Assembly (NCBI GenBank): GCA_965603475.1
Contig: CBFDDD010000001.1
Location: 40,003 to 104,002 of the forward strand
DNA: 64,000 nucleotides
Direction of reading: 5' to 3'
Source of the DNA: an uncultured Myxococcales bacterium
GTDB lineage: Bacteria > Myxococcota_A > UBA9160 > UBA4427
Position 1 is the first letter of the stretch, and each line of letters opens with the position of its first letter. Positions 1 to 8,807 of this stretch are shown here, one piece after another. A program made the position numbers and the translations under genes. The notes beneath the pieces were generated by a model, which worked only from the letters and a program-made list of their open reading frames with translations, did not search any database and was not told where the DNA came from.

Positions 1-11
1 TTGCGGCCGGC

Positions 12-812
12 ATGAGCGGAGGATCCGGACCTGCCATGAACCGCACCGGTTCGTCGAGCCACTTTTCGCCAGGCCACCAGGCCCGCATCCTCATCGTCGA
101 GGATGAGGCGCACATCGCCGATGGCATCAAGTTCAACCTGGAGCAAGAGGATTACGAAGTCGTGGTCGTGGGAGACGGTCGTTCGGCGGTCGAACTGCTC
201 AGTCTTTCTCCCTCGGAGTCGGAGTCCGCGTCGATGGCGGAGCGGCAACCCTTTGATCTCGTCATTCTCGACCTGATGTTGCCGGAGATGAGTGGATTCG
301 AGGTTGCGCGGCGCACGCGGGCGTCCGGTAATTTTGTCGCGATTCTCATTCTGACCGCCAAGGACGACAGTCAGGATATCGTTCGCGGGCTCGAGGAAGG
401 GGCTGATGACTACCTTACAAAACCCTTTCGGCTGGACGAGTTGCTTGCTCGGGTACGCGTTCTCTTGCGTCGACGGCGTTGGGACGGCGTAGAGACCGCC
501 AACGAGCCCCTGCCCGACGTAGAGGTCGGGAATGCGGTCATCCGCTTCGACCGTTTCTCGATCGAGACACCCGACGAAACTGTCAACTTGACGACCCGCG
601 AAGTCGGATTGCTACGCGCGTTGGTGGATCGTGAAGGAGAAACGGTGACACGAGGGGAACTGCTTCAGGAAGTCTGGGGATTGCGCCCCGACACGAAGAC
701 GCGTGTGATCGATAGCTTCATCGTACGTCTACGCCGTTATCTCGAGTCGGATCCCAGTCGCCCCAAACATATAGTTTCTGTTCGTGGGCAGGGATATCGG
801 TTCGAGCGATAA
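12..812 (+). CDS. OmpR/PhoB-family response regulator (receiver + winged-helix output)
   Basis: Receiver motifs ILIVEDE, DLVILDLMLP, LTAKD and GADDYLTKPF are followed by a winged-helix region (TRGELLQEVWG ... VRGQGYRF). No histidine kinase gene lies inside the window, and the 5' flank is cut by the window edge. Confidence 0.85.
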   Translation: MSGGSGPAMNRTGSSSHFSPGHQARILIVEDEAHIADGIKFNLEQEDYEVVVVGDGRSAVELLSLSPSESESASMAERQPFDLVILDLMLPEMSGFEVARRTRASGNFVAILILTAKDDSQDIVRGLEEGADDYLTKPFRLDELLARVRVLLRRRRWDGVETANEPLPDVEVGNAVIRFDRFSIETPDETVNLTTREVGLLRALVDREGETVTRGELLQEVWGLRPDTKTRVIDSFIVRLRRYLESDPSRPKHIVSVRGQGYRFER

Positions 813-881
813 CGCGTTTTATTCACGATCGAATTTTTGGCTTGTGGAAAGTGGCCGAATCGTGTCACCCTGTTGGAGTCA

Positions 882-1658
882 ATGAGTTCTCTACGAATGC
901 ATGTCCAGCCGATCCTTGGTGAACCAACACTGTTGTTGGCCTTCGAGGGATGGAACGACGCGTGCGAAGCGGCGACGGCGGCAGTCTGTTTCGTGAACGA
1001 TGTCCTTCGCGGTGTTCCCCTCGCAGACATCGACCCCGACGAGTACTACGACTTCACTGTCCTGCGACCGGAAGTCCAGTACGACGCGGGTCGATCGGGT
1101 TCGATCGTGTGGCCTTCGAACGAGTTCAAGTACGGGGTCACTGAGGAGGGGCGAGAGATCATTACAGGCCTCGGCATCGAACCGCACATGCGTTGGCGAA
1201 GTTATTGTGAGGCAATCGTCGAACTGGCGGTCGATATGGGCGTCCGACGTTGCCTGATCCTGGGCGCCTACCTGGCCGACGTCGTCTATTCCCAACCGGT
1301 CGTCGTGACCGGATTTTCGAGTGATCCGCAGTTGCTCGAGCGCTTCGGGGTCGAGCCGACGAGCTACGACGGAGCGACCGGAATCGTGGGCGTACTTTCG
1401 AATTCGCTTCGAGAAGAGGGGGTCGAAGTACTCTCGCTGTGGGCGGGACTCCCTCATTACATCAGTGCTACGCCCAATCCACGCGGCGCATTCGCTTTGC
1501 TTCGCAAGGTTTCCCAATACCTCGAGATCCCCTTCGATCTAGACAAGATGAAAGAGGAATCGCTTCGCTTCGAAGAAGAGATTTCGAAGATCGTCGCCTC
1601 GGATGACGAACTAACAGAGTATGTGAAGGAACTCAAGCGTCGCGAGTTTGCCCAGTAG
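882..1658 (+). CDS. PAC2 (proteasome assembly chaperone 2-like) family protein
   Basis: The N-terminal LLAFEGWNDA motif and ~260-aa layout are typical of the PAC2 family as I remember it. Start set at ATG 882 behind GGAG; the ORF-track start at 837 is an upstream alternative. Confidence 0.55.
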   Translation: MSSLRMHVQPILGEPTLLLAFEGWNDACEAATAAVCFVNDVLRGVPLADIDPDEYYDFTVLRPEVQYDAGRSGSIVWPSNEFKYGVTEEGREIITGLGIEPHMRWRSYCEAIVELAVDMGVRRCLILGAYLADVVYSQPVVVTGFSSDPQLLERFGVEPTSYDGATGIVGVLSNSLREEGVEVLSLWAGLPHYISATPNPRGAFALLRKVSQYLEIPFDLDKMKEESLRFEEEISKIVASDDELTEYVKELKRREFAQ

Positions 1659-1917
1659 GAACCTGCTGGCCGAGTTTGATGGACTGGTCGATCAGCATGA
1701 TCGGGATACTGTCCTCGATGATGTAGAGGACTTCGCCGTCTTCTCGGAGAAGTCCTTCCTCGATGTGTTTCTCGACGACGTCTCCGCCTCGATTGCGTAG
1801 TCGCTCTGCATCGATCTCGGAGTTCAGCTGCTCGAGCATTTGCGCGGAAGCGAGCTCGACTGTCTGCTGCGATTCGGGGCAGACGAGGATTTCGAGAAGT
1901 TCGTTGTCGATCGGCAT
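1633..1917 (-). CDS. Trm112/UPF0434 family small protein
   Basis: Carries the LLEILVCPES motif near the N-terminus and IPIML near the C-terminus. Start set at ATG 1917, preceded by GGAGAG. The 3' end overlaps the convergent PAC2 gene by 26 nt. Confidence 0.6.
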   Translation of the reverse strand: MPIDNELLEILVCPESQQTVELASAQMLEQLNSEIDAERLRNRGGDVVEKHIEEGLLREDGEVLYIIEDSIPIMLIDQSIKLGQQVPTGQTRDA

Positions 1918-1952
1918 TGGATCTCTCTCCATCATTCTAAAGGTGTGAAAAC

Positions 1953-3185
1953 CTAGCGCAGCATCGCGGACGGATAATCGAGGATGCGCCGAGCGACGAT
2001 CAACTGATTGATTTGCTGGGTTCCCTCGTAGATGTCATTGATCTTGGCGTCTCGCATCCACTTTTCGACGAGAAGTTTCTTCGAGTATCCGACCGGTCCG
2101 AGGATTTGCACCGTTTTCTGTGTGATCTTCGTAACGGCAAGCCCAGCCTTGGCCTTGGCCATCGAGGCTTCGAGATTGTTGCGCTTGCCCGTGTTCATCA
2201 TCCAGGCGGCACGCCAGGTGAGCAAGCGCGCGGCTTGCAACTCGGCTTCCATCTCGATCACGTCGCGCTCGATCGCGGTCAGCTCTCTGGGCGGCGCATC
2301 GTATCGAATCGTGATGCCCTGCCGTTCGAGCTCTTCCTTCAAGAAGTCGAGGGCGGCACGCCCGACCCCGGTCGCCATCGCAGCAACGATCGGGCGGCTG
2401 GCATCAAACGTAGCCATTGCGCCCTTGAAGCCCTTGTCGCCGGATTTTGTCGGGTCCTTCTTGCGGACTTCGGCGCTTCCCAAGAGGTTTTCGTTGGGCA
2501 CCCGACAATTGTCGAAACGAAGCGTCGCAGTGTCCGAGGCACGAATGCCGAGCTTCTTCTCGCATCCGATGAGTTCCATGCCCGGCGTATTCGCCATGAC
2601 GACGAAGGATTTGATTCCGCCGCGCCCGGCGCTCTTGTCGATTGTCGCCCAGACGACGATGAAGCCACCGTCCACTGTGGAAGCGCCCTCCCCCGCGGTG
2701 CAGAAGATCTTGGTTCCGTTCAGGATCCACTCTTCCGTGTCAGGGTCGAAGTCGGCGGTGGTCTCGATCGCGGCGGCGTCCGATCCGGCCTGGGGTTCGG
2801 TAATCGCCATGGCGCCCCAGATCGGATGCCCTCCCTTTTCGCGGAAGGCCGACATGAAACGCTTCTGCTGCTCCTTCGTTCCGGCGGCGCTGACCGCGGA
2901 GCCACCGAGCGCGGGCGTCGGCATCCGCAGATAGAGTCCGGCGTCGCCCCAACAGAGTTCCTCGGCCTGGAGACAGATCGTGATGAATCCGTCGGTCGGT
3001 TTCTCCGACTTTTCCTTGGGTCCGGATCGACCCTCGTTCCACCAGTAGTCGACCCATTCGGTGGGCAGCTGGTGCTCTGCCAGGTCGTATTTCCGCGAGA
3101 TCGGCCGCATCTGTTCCTGCGCAACCGCGTGGTAGTGCTTCTGTGCGAGCTTGCTTCCGTCGGAGAGTTCGAAGTCGATGGCCAT
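1953..3185 (-). CDS. acyl-CoA dehydrogenase
   Basis: A 410-aa protein with the ACAD layout. The C-terminal IYEGTQQINQLIVARRIL contains the canonical catalytic-Glu motif, and an AMAITEPQAGSD-type FAD/substrate loop is present. Confidence 0.9.
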   Translation of the reverse strand: MAIDFELSDGSKLAQKHYHAVAQEQMRPISRKYDLAEHQLPTEWVDYWWNEGRSGPKEKSEKPTDGFITICLQAEELCWGDAGLYLRMPTPALGGSAVSAAGTKEQQKRFMSAFREKGGHPIWGAMAITEPQAGSDAAAIETTADFDPDTEEWILNGTKIFCTAGEGASTVDGGFIVVWATIDKSAGRGGIKSFVVMANTPGMELIGCEKKLGIRASDTATLRFDNCRVPNENLLGSAEVRKKDPTKSGDKGFKGAMATFDASRPIVAAMATGVGRAALDFLKEELERQGITIRYDAPPRELTAIERDVIEMEAELQAARLLTWRAAWMMNTGKRNNLEASMAKAKAGLAVTKITQKTVQILGPVGYSKKLLVEKWMRDAKINDIYEGTQQINQLIVARRILDYPSAMLR

Positions 3186-3233
3186 GATGGTCGGGCTCCT
3201 GCAGATTTCAGGGTTCTGGTTCAGATGTCCGGT

Positions 3234-4343
3234 TCAGATGAGGGTGAGCGCTTCGAAGCTGGCGAGGCCGGCCACGTTTCGCAGATGAAGTTCGGGTAGG
3301 TAGTCGCGGATGTACCCGTGACCGCCGAAGACCTGGACAGCGCCGTCGGTGACCTGGAGCGCGACGCGTGTCGTCTGGTCGTGGGCGAGTCGGGCGAGCC
3401 GGGTCGCATCTTCGCCTCGATCGAGCGCGGCGGCCGCTTCCCAGACGAGGAGCCGAGCGCCGTCGATTTCGATGGCCATGTCTGCGAGTTTGAAGGCGAT
3501 CGCCTGGCGTGTTGCGATTGGCTGGCCGAAGGTCTCGCGCTCCTTCGCGTAGTCTCGAGAGACCTCGAAAGAGGCTCGGGCGGTGCCGACGCCCGCTGCA
3601 GCGAGGCCGACGCGCCCGCGATTGATCAGGCGCCGGATGTCATCATCATTCGCCGCGAGTCGGGCGCTCTTTGGAATTCGCACGCCCGCCAGAGTGAGTT
3701 CCACGGTCGGCAAACCACCGAGTCCCATCATCAATTCGGGCTCGGCGGTCAGTCCAGCGGTGTCGCGCGGCACGACGAAGGCGGCAAGCCCGGGGCCTTC
3801 CGAGCCGTTCGCGGTTTCCGCGGCTTTGGCGATGACGACCACATGTCGCCCCCCCGCGAGCCAGGGGACCTGACATTTGACTCCGTCGAGCAAAATTTCG
3901 TCGCCGTCTTGTTTTGCGGTCGTGTGGGGGTGATAAACATCGAAATCGAAGCGGGGCTCGACGATCGCGAGTGACCCGGGAATGAAACCACCATCCATCA
4001 GTCCGGGAAGCATCTCGTTCTGTTGGGATTCACTCCCAAAATCAGAGAGGGGAAATCCTATCAGTCCGGGAGAGAGGATTGCCAGGGCGATCGCCAGATC
4101 TCCCCAGGCGAGTTCTTCGGCGATCAGAACACCCGTTATGGCGGAGCGCTCACCTCCGCCGCCCTGCGCCTCCGGTAGGGCGTTGGCCACGAGGCCCAAC
4201 TCGTGGGCGGCTTCGACCACGCTCTTGGGGGGTGCCCCCGATTCGTCGGCTTCGCGGCAGATCGGCCGGATTTCATTCTCTGCAAATTGGTGAACAGTCT
4301 CGACAATGAGGGTCTGTTCTTCGGTCGGTTCGAAATCGATCAT
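3234..4343 (-). CDS. acyl-CoA dehydrogenase family protein (divergent, short C-terminus)
   Basis: A 369-aa protein with the ACAD N-terminus (MIDFEPTEEQ ... FAENEIRP) and GGHGYIRDYLPE. The YEGT position reads SFEAL and the protein ends 5 aa later. AGGAGA lies 7 nt upstream of ATG 4343. Confidence 0.8.
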   Translation of the reverse strand: MIDFEPTEEQTLIVETVHQFAENEIRPICREADESGAPPKSVVEAAHELGLVANALPEAQGGGGERSAITGVLIAEELAWGDLAIALAILSPGLIGFPLSDFGSESQQNEMLPGLMDGGFIPGSLAIVEPRFDFDVYHPHTTAKQDGDEILLDGVKCQVPWLAGGRHVVVIAKAAETANGSEGPGLAAFVVPRDTAGLTAEPELMMGLGGLPTVELTLAGVRIPKSARLAANDDDIRRLINRGRVGLAAAGVGTARASFEVSRDYAKERETFGQPIATRQAIAFKLADMAIEIDGARLLVWEAAAALDRGEDATRLARLAHDQTTRVALQVTDGAVQVFGGHGYIRDYLPELHLRNVAGLASFEALTLI

Positions 4344-4835
4344 CGGGGGGTCTCCTGGTCACGCCGACCTGGGTCGCGGCGCGAACTCGAGAGCCTATCA
4401 ATTCGAGTCCGACGCTGCTTTAGCGCTTAGGTCAGTGTGGGCTCTAAACATGGACAAGAGTGCCGAGTGTGGGTCGTCGGCAGACCATTTTGGAGGTGGG
4501 GGGAAATGGCCGTGAGGTGTGTCTGGAGCACGCCTGCAACCATTCGCTGCGCGCTCGTATTCGCCGTCGTGAGGATACTTCGCCGTCGACCGCTTGACGT
4601 CGTTTTGGGGCCGGTGTAACCAACCGCGCGTCACGATGAAGCTCGAAACTTCGCGAGCCGATTCGCAGACAGACTTCAAGCAGAACCGATCTCTCGGCCG
4701 GGTTAAGACCGGTTCGGCACGAGAGTTCATGGATGGAATGCGTGCACAATCGATAGGGATGAATTGCGACGGTCGTCGCTTCATCTTTTGATTCAGATCG
4801 ATTGCGTCGCGCGCCGAAGAGGCCGCGTCTCGTCT

Positions 4836-5633
4836 ATGACCGAGCGAATACAGACCGAGCGAACAAACGAGAAATCCAATCTCAATGCGAAGCGGAACTC
4901 ACTCCTGTTCGGTTCTGTCACCGTCATAGTGGCAGCGGTTCTCGCATTCTGGTCCGGTTGGCCTGCAGCCGACGGCGGTAGCGCGAACGTTGCGAACGCG
5001 GCGGATGGCGATGTCTTGATCGCGACCAGCGTATGCGACGCGCACACTCTTCGTGCACGGCAGGAAGAAGACCCGAACCTCCAGATCGAGATTCCCGCGG
5101 AATTCGACAAGCAATGGCCGTCGGCCAGCGCCTGTCAGTCCGCGATCGACGCCTGGGACCCCGAGGCGCCCGGCCCCATTCAACCGATTCCTTTCAGCCA
5201 CAAACACCACGCGGGCGAATTCGAGATCGAGTGTCTCTACTGCCATGCGGGTACCGATGAATCCCAGGCTGCCGGTGTCCCGTCGGTGGAACTCTGCATG
5301 GGCTGTCATTCGCAGTTCCCGGCCGAATACGACGAGATCGAAGGCATTCGAATCTTGAAGCAGCATTGGGAAGAGAAGAAGCCGATCGAATGGGTTCAGA
5401 TCCACCGGCTCCCCGAGTACGTCCAGTTCCGCCATAATCGCCACATCAAGGCGGGCGTCGAATGTCAGACGTGTCACGGACCGGTCGAAGAAATCGACAA
5501 ACTCTATCTCGTTCCGGACTCGCACATCGGGTACCTCGTACCGGTGGCGAAACTCGAGATGGGCTGGTGCATCAATTGCCATCGACAAAATCATCAACAG
5601 GCGTCACAGGACTGCCTGACGTGTCATTACTGA
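4836..5633 (+). CDS. actA: Alternative Complex III subunit ActA, pentahaem cytochrome c
   Basis: Five CxxCH motifs (CLYCH, CMGCH, CQTCH, CINCH, CLTCH) and an N-terminal membrane anchor (LLFGSVTVIVAAVLAFW). It is the first gene of an actABCDEF-ordered cluster. Start set at ATG 4836; ORF-track start 4764 adds an Arg-rich extension. Confidence 0.8.
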   Translation: MTERIQTERTNEKSNLNAKRNSLLFGSVTVIVAAVLAFWSGWPAADGGSANVANAADGDVLIATSVCDAHTLRARQEEDPNLQIEIPAEFDKQWPSASACQSAIDAWDPEAPGPIQPIPFSHKHHAGEFEIECLYCHAGTDESQAAGVPSVELCMGCHSQFPAEYDEIEGIRILKQHWEEKKPIEWVQIHRLPEYVQFRHNRHIKAGVECQTCHGPVEEIDKLYLVPDSHIGYLVPVAKLEMGWCINCHRQNHQQASQDCLTCHY

Positions 5634-5744
5634 GAGCTTACTGCTGGGGTCGAGAGCCTTCAGCGAAGGTCAAAGGCTTCAGCTAGCGAGCGCGCGAACT
5701 CGGTCGGGGACCCAAGCCCGATCAACTGAAATTAGGGAAATTGC

Positions 5745-8700
5745 ATGTCCGAGCTCGATCGTCGTGACTTCCTGAAAATCGTCGGCCTCTCCGCCGGTGC
5801 GGCAGCCACTGCTGGCTGTGGTGATCCTGCGGACAAGCTGATTCCGTACGTGATCCAGCCAGAGGAGATCACGCCGGGGATCGCGGTCGTCTATGCCTCG
5901 ACCTGTCAGGAGTGCCCCGCAGCGTGTGGTTTGCACGTCAAGACTCGCGAGGGCCGCCCGATCAAGCTCGAGGGCAACCCGGAACATCCGATCAACCAGG
6001 GCCGCCTGTGTGCACGTGGTCAGACGGGAATCGGTCGTACCTATCATCCAGATCGCATCGAAGGTCCGGCCTCGCGAAGCGGCGATGGCTCCCTGCAAGC
6101 GATGAGTTGGGACGATGCCAAGAACAAGCTGGCTGCGAAGTTGGGCAGCGCATCCCAGAAGACCTGGATCCTGGGTGGCCACGTCGGCACTTCGCTCGAC
6201 GGCCTGATCGACCAGTTCGTCGCCGCCACCGGTATCGCCGGTCGGCTGACCTACGAGCCCTTTGGCGGTCATGCGCTCATCGAAGCAAGTGAAGCGGTCT
6301 TCGGTGTTTCGGCCGCGCCGGTCTTCGACGTCTCCGGCGCGGATCTCATCATCGACTTCGGAGCAGATTTTCTCGATACGGGGCTTTCTCCGACTGAACA
6401 CGCCGCACAGTTCGCGGCAAACCGGGACGTGGCCGCTCATTCTGATGGCGGCGCGCGACTGATAGCAATCAGTGCACGTCAGAATCTCACCGCTTCGAAT
6501 GCGGATCAGTGGATTCCCGCAGCTCCCGGCAGCGAAGGCCTGCTCGCTCTGGCTATGGCCAGGGCCGTTGCGGATCGCACGGGCTCGGACGCCGCTGCTT
6601 CCGCGCTGGCCGGTGCCGATGTGAACGCAGCCGTCTCGGCCGCGGGCATCGATCGCTCAGTCTTCGATGGAATTGTCGACAAACTCGTTTCTGCGAAACA
6701 TGCCGTCGCGCTTCCGCCTGGGATCGCCGCTTCGACGACCGCAGGTTCCGGTGCGGCCGCTGCGGTGCTGCTTCTGAATGTGGTCGTCGGCGCCGTCGGC
6801 AGCCTTCTCAAGATTCCCGCCACCGACGCGAAACCGACCTCGACGCTCAAGGACGTACTCGCCCTCGTGGCGGAGATGAAGGCCGGCAACGTCGACTGTC
6901 TGCTGGTCCATGACCTGAATCCGGTCTTCTCGCTGCCCGAGTCGGCGGGCTTCAAGGAGGCGCTCGCGAAGGTCGATCTCGTCGTGTCCTTTGCGTCACT
7001 CGCCGATGAGACGAGCGAGGCCGCTAATCTACTCGTGCCCGATCATACGTCCATGGAGAGCTGGGGCGACGCGAATCCGCGGCCGGGTGTCCGCTCCCTG
7101 GTTCAACCGACGATTCGTCCGCTCTTCGACACCCAGGCGCTCGGGGATACGCTTCTCGGCGTCGCTCGCGCGATGGGCGGAAGCGTTGCGGACCAGGTTC
7201 CGGCGGGTAGTTGGAAGAGCGTCGTCGAGGCGAACTGGTCGGACACGAACTGGCGGAAGGCACTCGCGCTCGGTGGCGTGTTCGAAGCCATGTCGTCCCG
7301 CGAGGTCACGGTCGCTGCCAGCGCCGCGAACCTGCGACCCAGCGCTCCTCGTCTTCAAGGGTCGGGCGATCTGACGCTCGTTGCCTTCCCGCATTCCTAT
7401 TTTGGTGACGGCCGAGGCGCCGCGTTGCCCTGGATGCAAGAGATTCCCGACCCGGTCACGAAGATCTCCTGGAACTCGTGGGCCGAGATTTCTCCCGCGA
7501 AGGCCAAAGAGCTCGACGTCGTCTTCGGCGATGTGATTTCGATCGACACCGGCATTGGTTCGATCGACGTTTCGGTCTACCCGCGCGGCGGCGTTCGCGA
7601 CGACATCGTCGCGATTCCGATCGGTCAGGGACATACCGTGGGTCACTACGCTTCGATGGCCGTCGATGAACAGCCGGGCGTGGCGCGCGGAGCGAATGTC
7701 GCAACGATCCTGCCGGCGGCACTCGATGAGGCGGGTGGGCAGGCCTATCTGTCGACGAAGGCATCGGTCACGAAGACCGGTCGATTCCGACGCCTCGCAT
7801 TGTCGCAATGGACCGACAACCAGCGAAAGCGCGGATTGGCGCCAGAAGTTTCGATCTACGACCTCGCCCAGGATGGCGGGATGGCTCATTTCGCGGCTGC
7901 TGCACAGGCGTCCGAAGCCGGAGACGCGCATTCGGGCGACGCAGAACATGCGGAGGCGGCTGCGGGTGGGCACCATTTCGAGGGTCCGCCCTTCGAATTC
8001 GATGCTGCCAACGATGCGAAGCCGGGCCAGCCCTATCGCTGGGGCATGACGATCGACAACGACAAGTGCACGGGCTGTGGCGCCTGCGTGGCCGCTTGTT
8101 ATATCGAGAACAACGGCACGATCGTCGGTGAAGTCGAGGCGATCCGGCATCGTGAAATGAGCTGGTTGCGGATCGAGCGATATGTCGGTGACGGTGACGA
8201 CGATGTGCGCGACGGGGAAGATCGACGTCCAACGCCCGACGGCGAGATCCTCGGCAAGAACGAAGTCCGTCACTTGCCGATGCTCTGTCAGCATTGTGGT
8301 GCAGCACCCTGCGAATCGGTCTGTCCGGTCATCGCGACGTACCACACGCCGGAAGGCATCAACGGCATGGTCTACAACCGCTGCGTAGGCACACGTTATT
8401 GTGCAAATAACTGCACTTACAAGGTCCGGCGGTTCAACTACTTCGACTACGGTCGCTTGAACTGGCCTGGGCTGATGGGCCTGATGCTGAATCCCGACGT
8501 CACCGTTCGCGGGCAGGGTGTCATGGAAAAATGCAGCTTCTGCTCCCAGCGGATCTCGGCGGCTCGGCAGCCGGCAAAGGACGCGGGAGAGGAGATTGCG
8601 GACGGCGCCGTCGTGACGGCCTGTCAGCAGGCATGCCCCTCCGACGCGATCGAATTCGGCAATGTCAGGGATACCGCCAGCGTGGCCGTCCAGAAGGCCA

Positions 8701-8807
8701 AGCAAGGTGAAGAGCGTGCGTATCACGCGCTCCAAGAGCTCAATACACGATCCGCTGTTACCTACCTTGCGCAGGTACGGCGCGAAAAGAACGAGGGAGT
8801 TCAGTAA
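5745..8807 (+). CDS. actB: Alternative Complex III subunit ActB (molybdopterin-oxidoreductase-like domain fused to a 4-cluster Fe-S domain)
   Basis: Twin-arginine signal RRDFLKIVGLSAGAAATAGC. The N-terminal Cys motif is CQECPAACGLHV. The C-terminal ferredoxin-like Cys clusters are CTGCGACVAAC, CQHCGAAPCESVCP, CVGTRYCANNC and CSFC...CQQACP. Confidence 0.85.
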   Translation: MSELDRRDFLKIVGLSAGAAATAGCGDPADKLIPYVIQPEEITPGIAVVYASTCQECPAACGLHVKTREGRPIKLEGNPEHPINQGRLCARGQTGIGRTYHPDRIEGPASRSGDGSLQAMSWDDAKNKLAAKLGSASQKTWILGGHVGTSLDGLIDQFVAATGIAGRLTYEPFGGHALIEASEAVFGVSAAPVFDVSGADLIIDFGADFLDTGLSPTEHAAQFAANRDVAAHSDGGARLIAISARQNLTASNADQWIPAAPGSEGLLALAMARAVADRTGSDAAASALAGADVNAAVSAAGIDRSVFDGIVDKLVSAKHAVALPPGIAASTTAGSGAAAAVLLLNVVVGAVGSLLKIPATDAKPTSTLKDVLALVAEMKAGNVDCLLVHDLNPVFSLPESAGFKEALAKVDLVVSFASLADETSEAANLLVPDHTSMESWGDANPRPGVRSLVQPTIRPLFDTQALGDTLLGVARAMGGSVADQVPAGSWKSVVEANWSDTNWRKALALGGVFEAMSSREVTVAASAANLRPSAPRLQGSGDLTLVAFPHSYFGDGRGAALPWMQEIPDPVTKISWNSWAEISPAKAKELDVVFGDVISIDTGIGSIDVSVYPRGGVRDDIVAIPIGQGHTVGHYASMAVDEQPGVARGANVATILPAALDEAGGQAYLSTKASVTKTGRFRRLALSQWTDNQRKRGLAPEVSIYDLAQDGGMAHFAAAAQASEAGDAHSGDAEHAEAAAGGHHFEGPPFEFDAANDAKPGQPYRWGMTIDNDKCTGCGACVAACYIENNGTIVGEVEAIRHREMSWLRIERYVGDGDDDVRDGEDRRPTPDGEILGKNEVRHLPMLCQHCGAAPCESVCPVIATYHTPEGINGMVYNRCVGTRYCANNCTYKVRRFNYFDYGRLNWPGLMGLMLNPDVTVRGQGVMEKCSFCSQRISAARQPAKDAGEEIADGAVVTACQQACPSDAIEFGNVRDTASVAVQKAKQGEERAYHALQELNTRSAVTYLAQVRREKNEGVQ

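Noticed and set aside
3218-3240. Direct repeat GGTTCAGATG x2 between the two ACAD genes.
   Set aside because: It is a 10-nt repeat spanning the stop codon region of the upstream ACAD, with no dyad symmetry or further copies. It is probably fortuitous.
4344-4440. tmRNA-like impression: a G-run start (GGGGGGTCTCCTGG) and GACGCTGCTTTAGCGCTTAG, which resembles an ...AALA tag-coding segment.
   Set aside because: No reading frame gives a tag ending in (A)LAA followed by a stop. There is no T-arm or CCA-type 3' end (GGTTCGAATCC...TCCACCA) on either strand within 500 nt. The G-run is explained as the complement of the spacer between the AGGAGA ribosome-binding site and the start codon of the minus-strand ACAD gene.
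4398-4784. A 128-aa minus-strand ORF and several 60-100-aa ORFs filling the act upstream gap.
   Set aside because: There is no ribosome-binding site, the Arg/Pro/Ser-rich composition is unlike the neighbouring proteins, and no motifs are present. They are more likely non-coding promoter or leader sequence.
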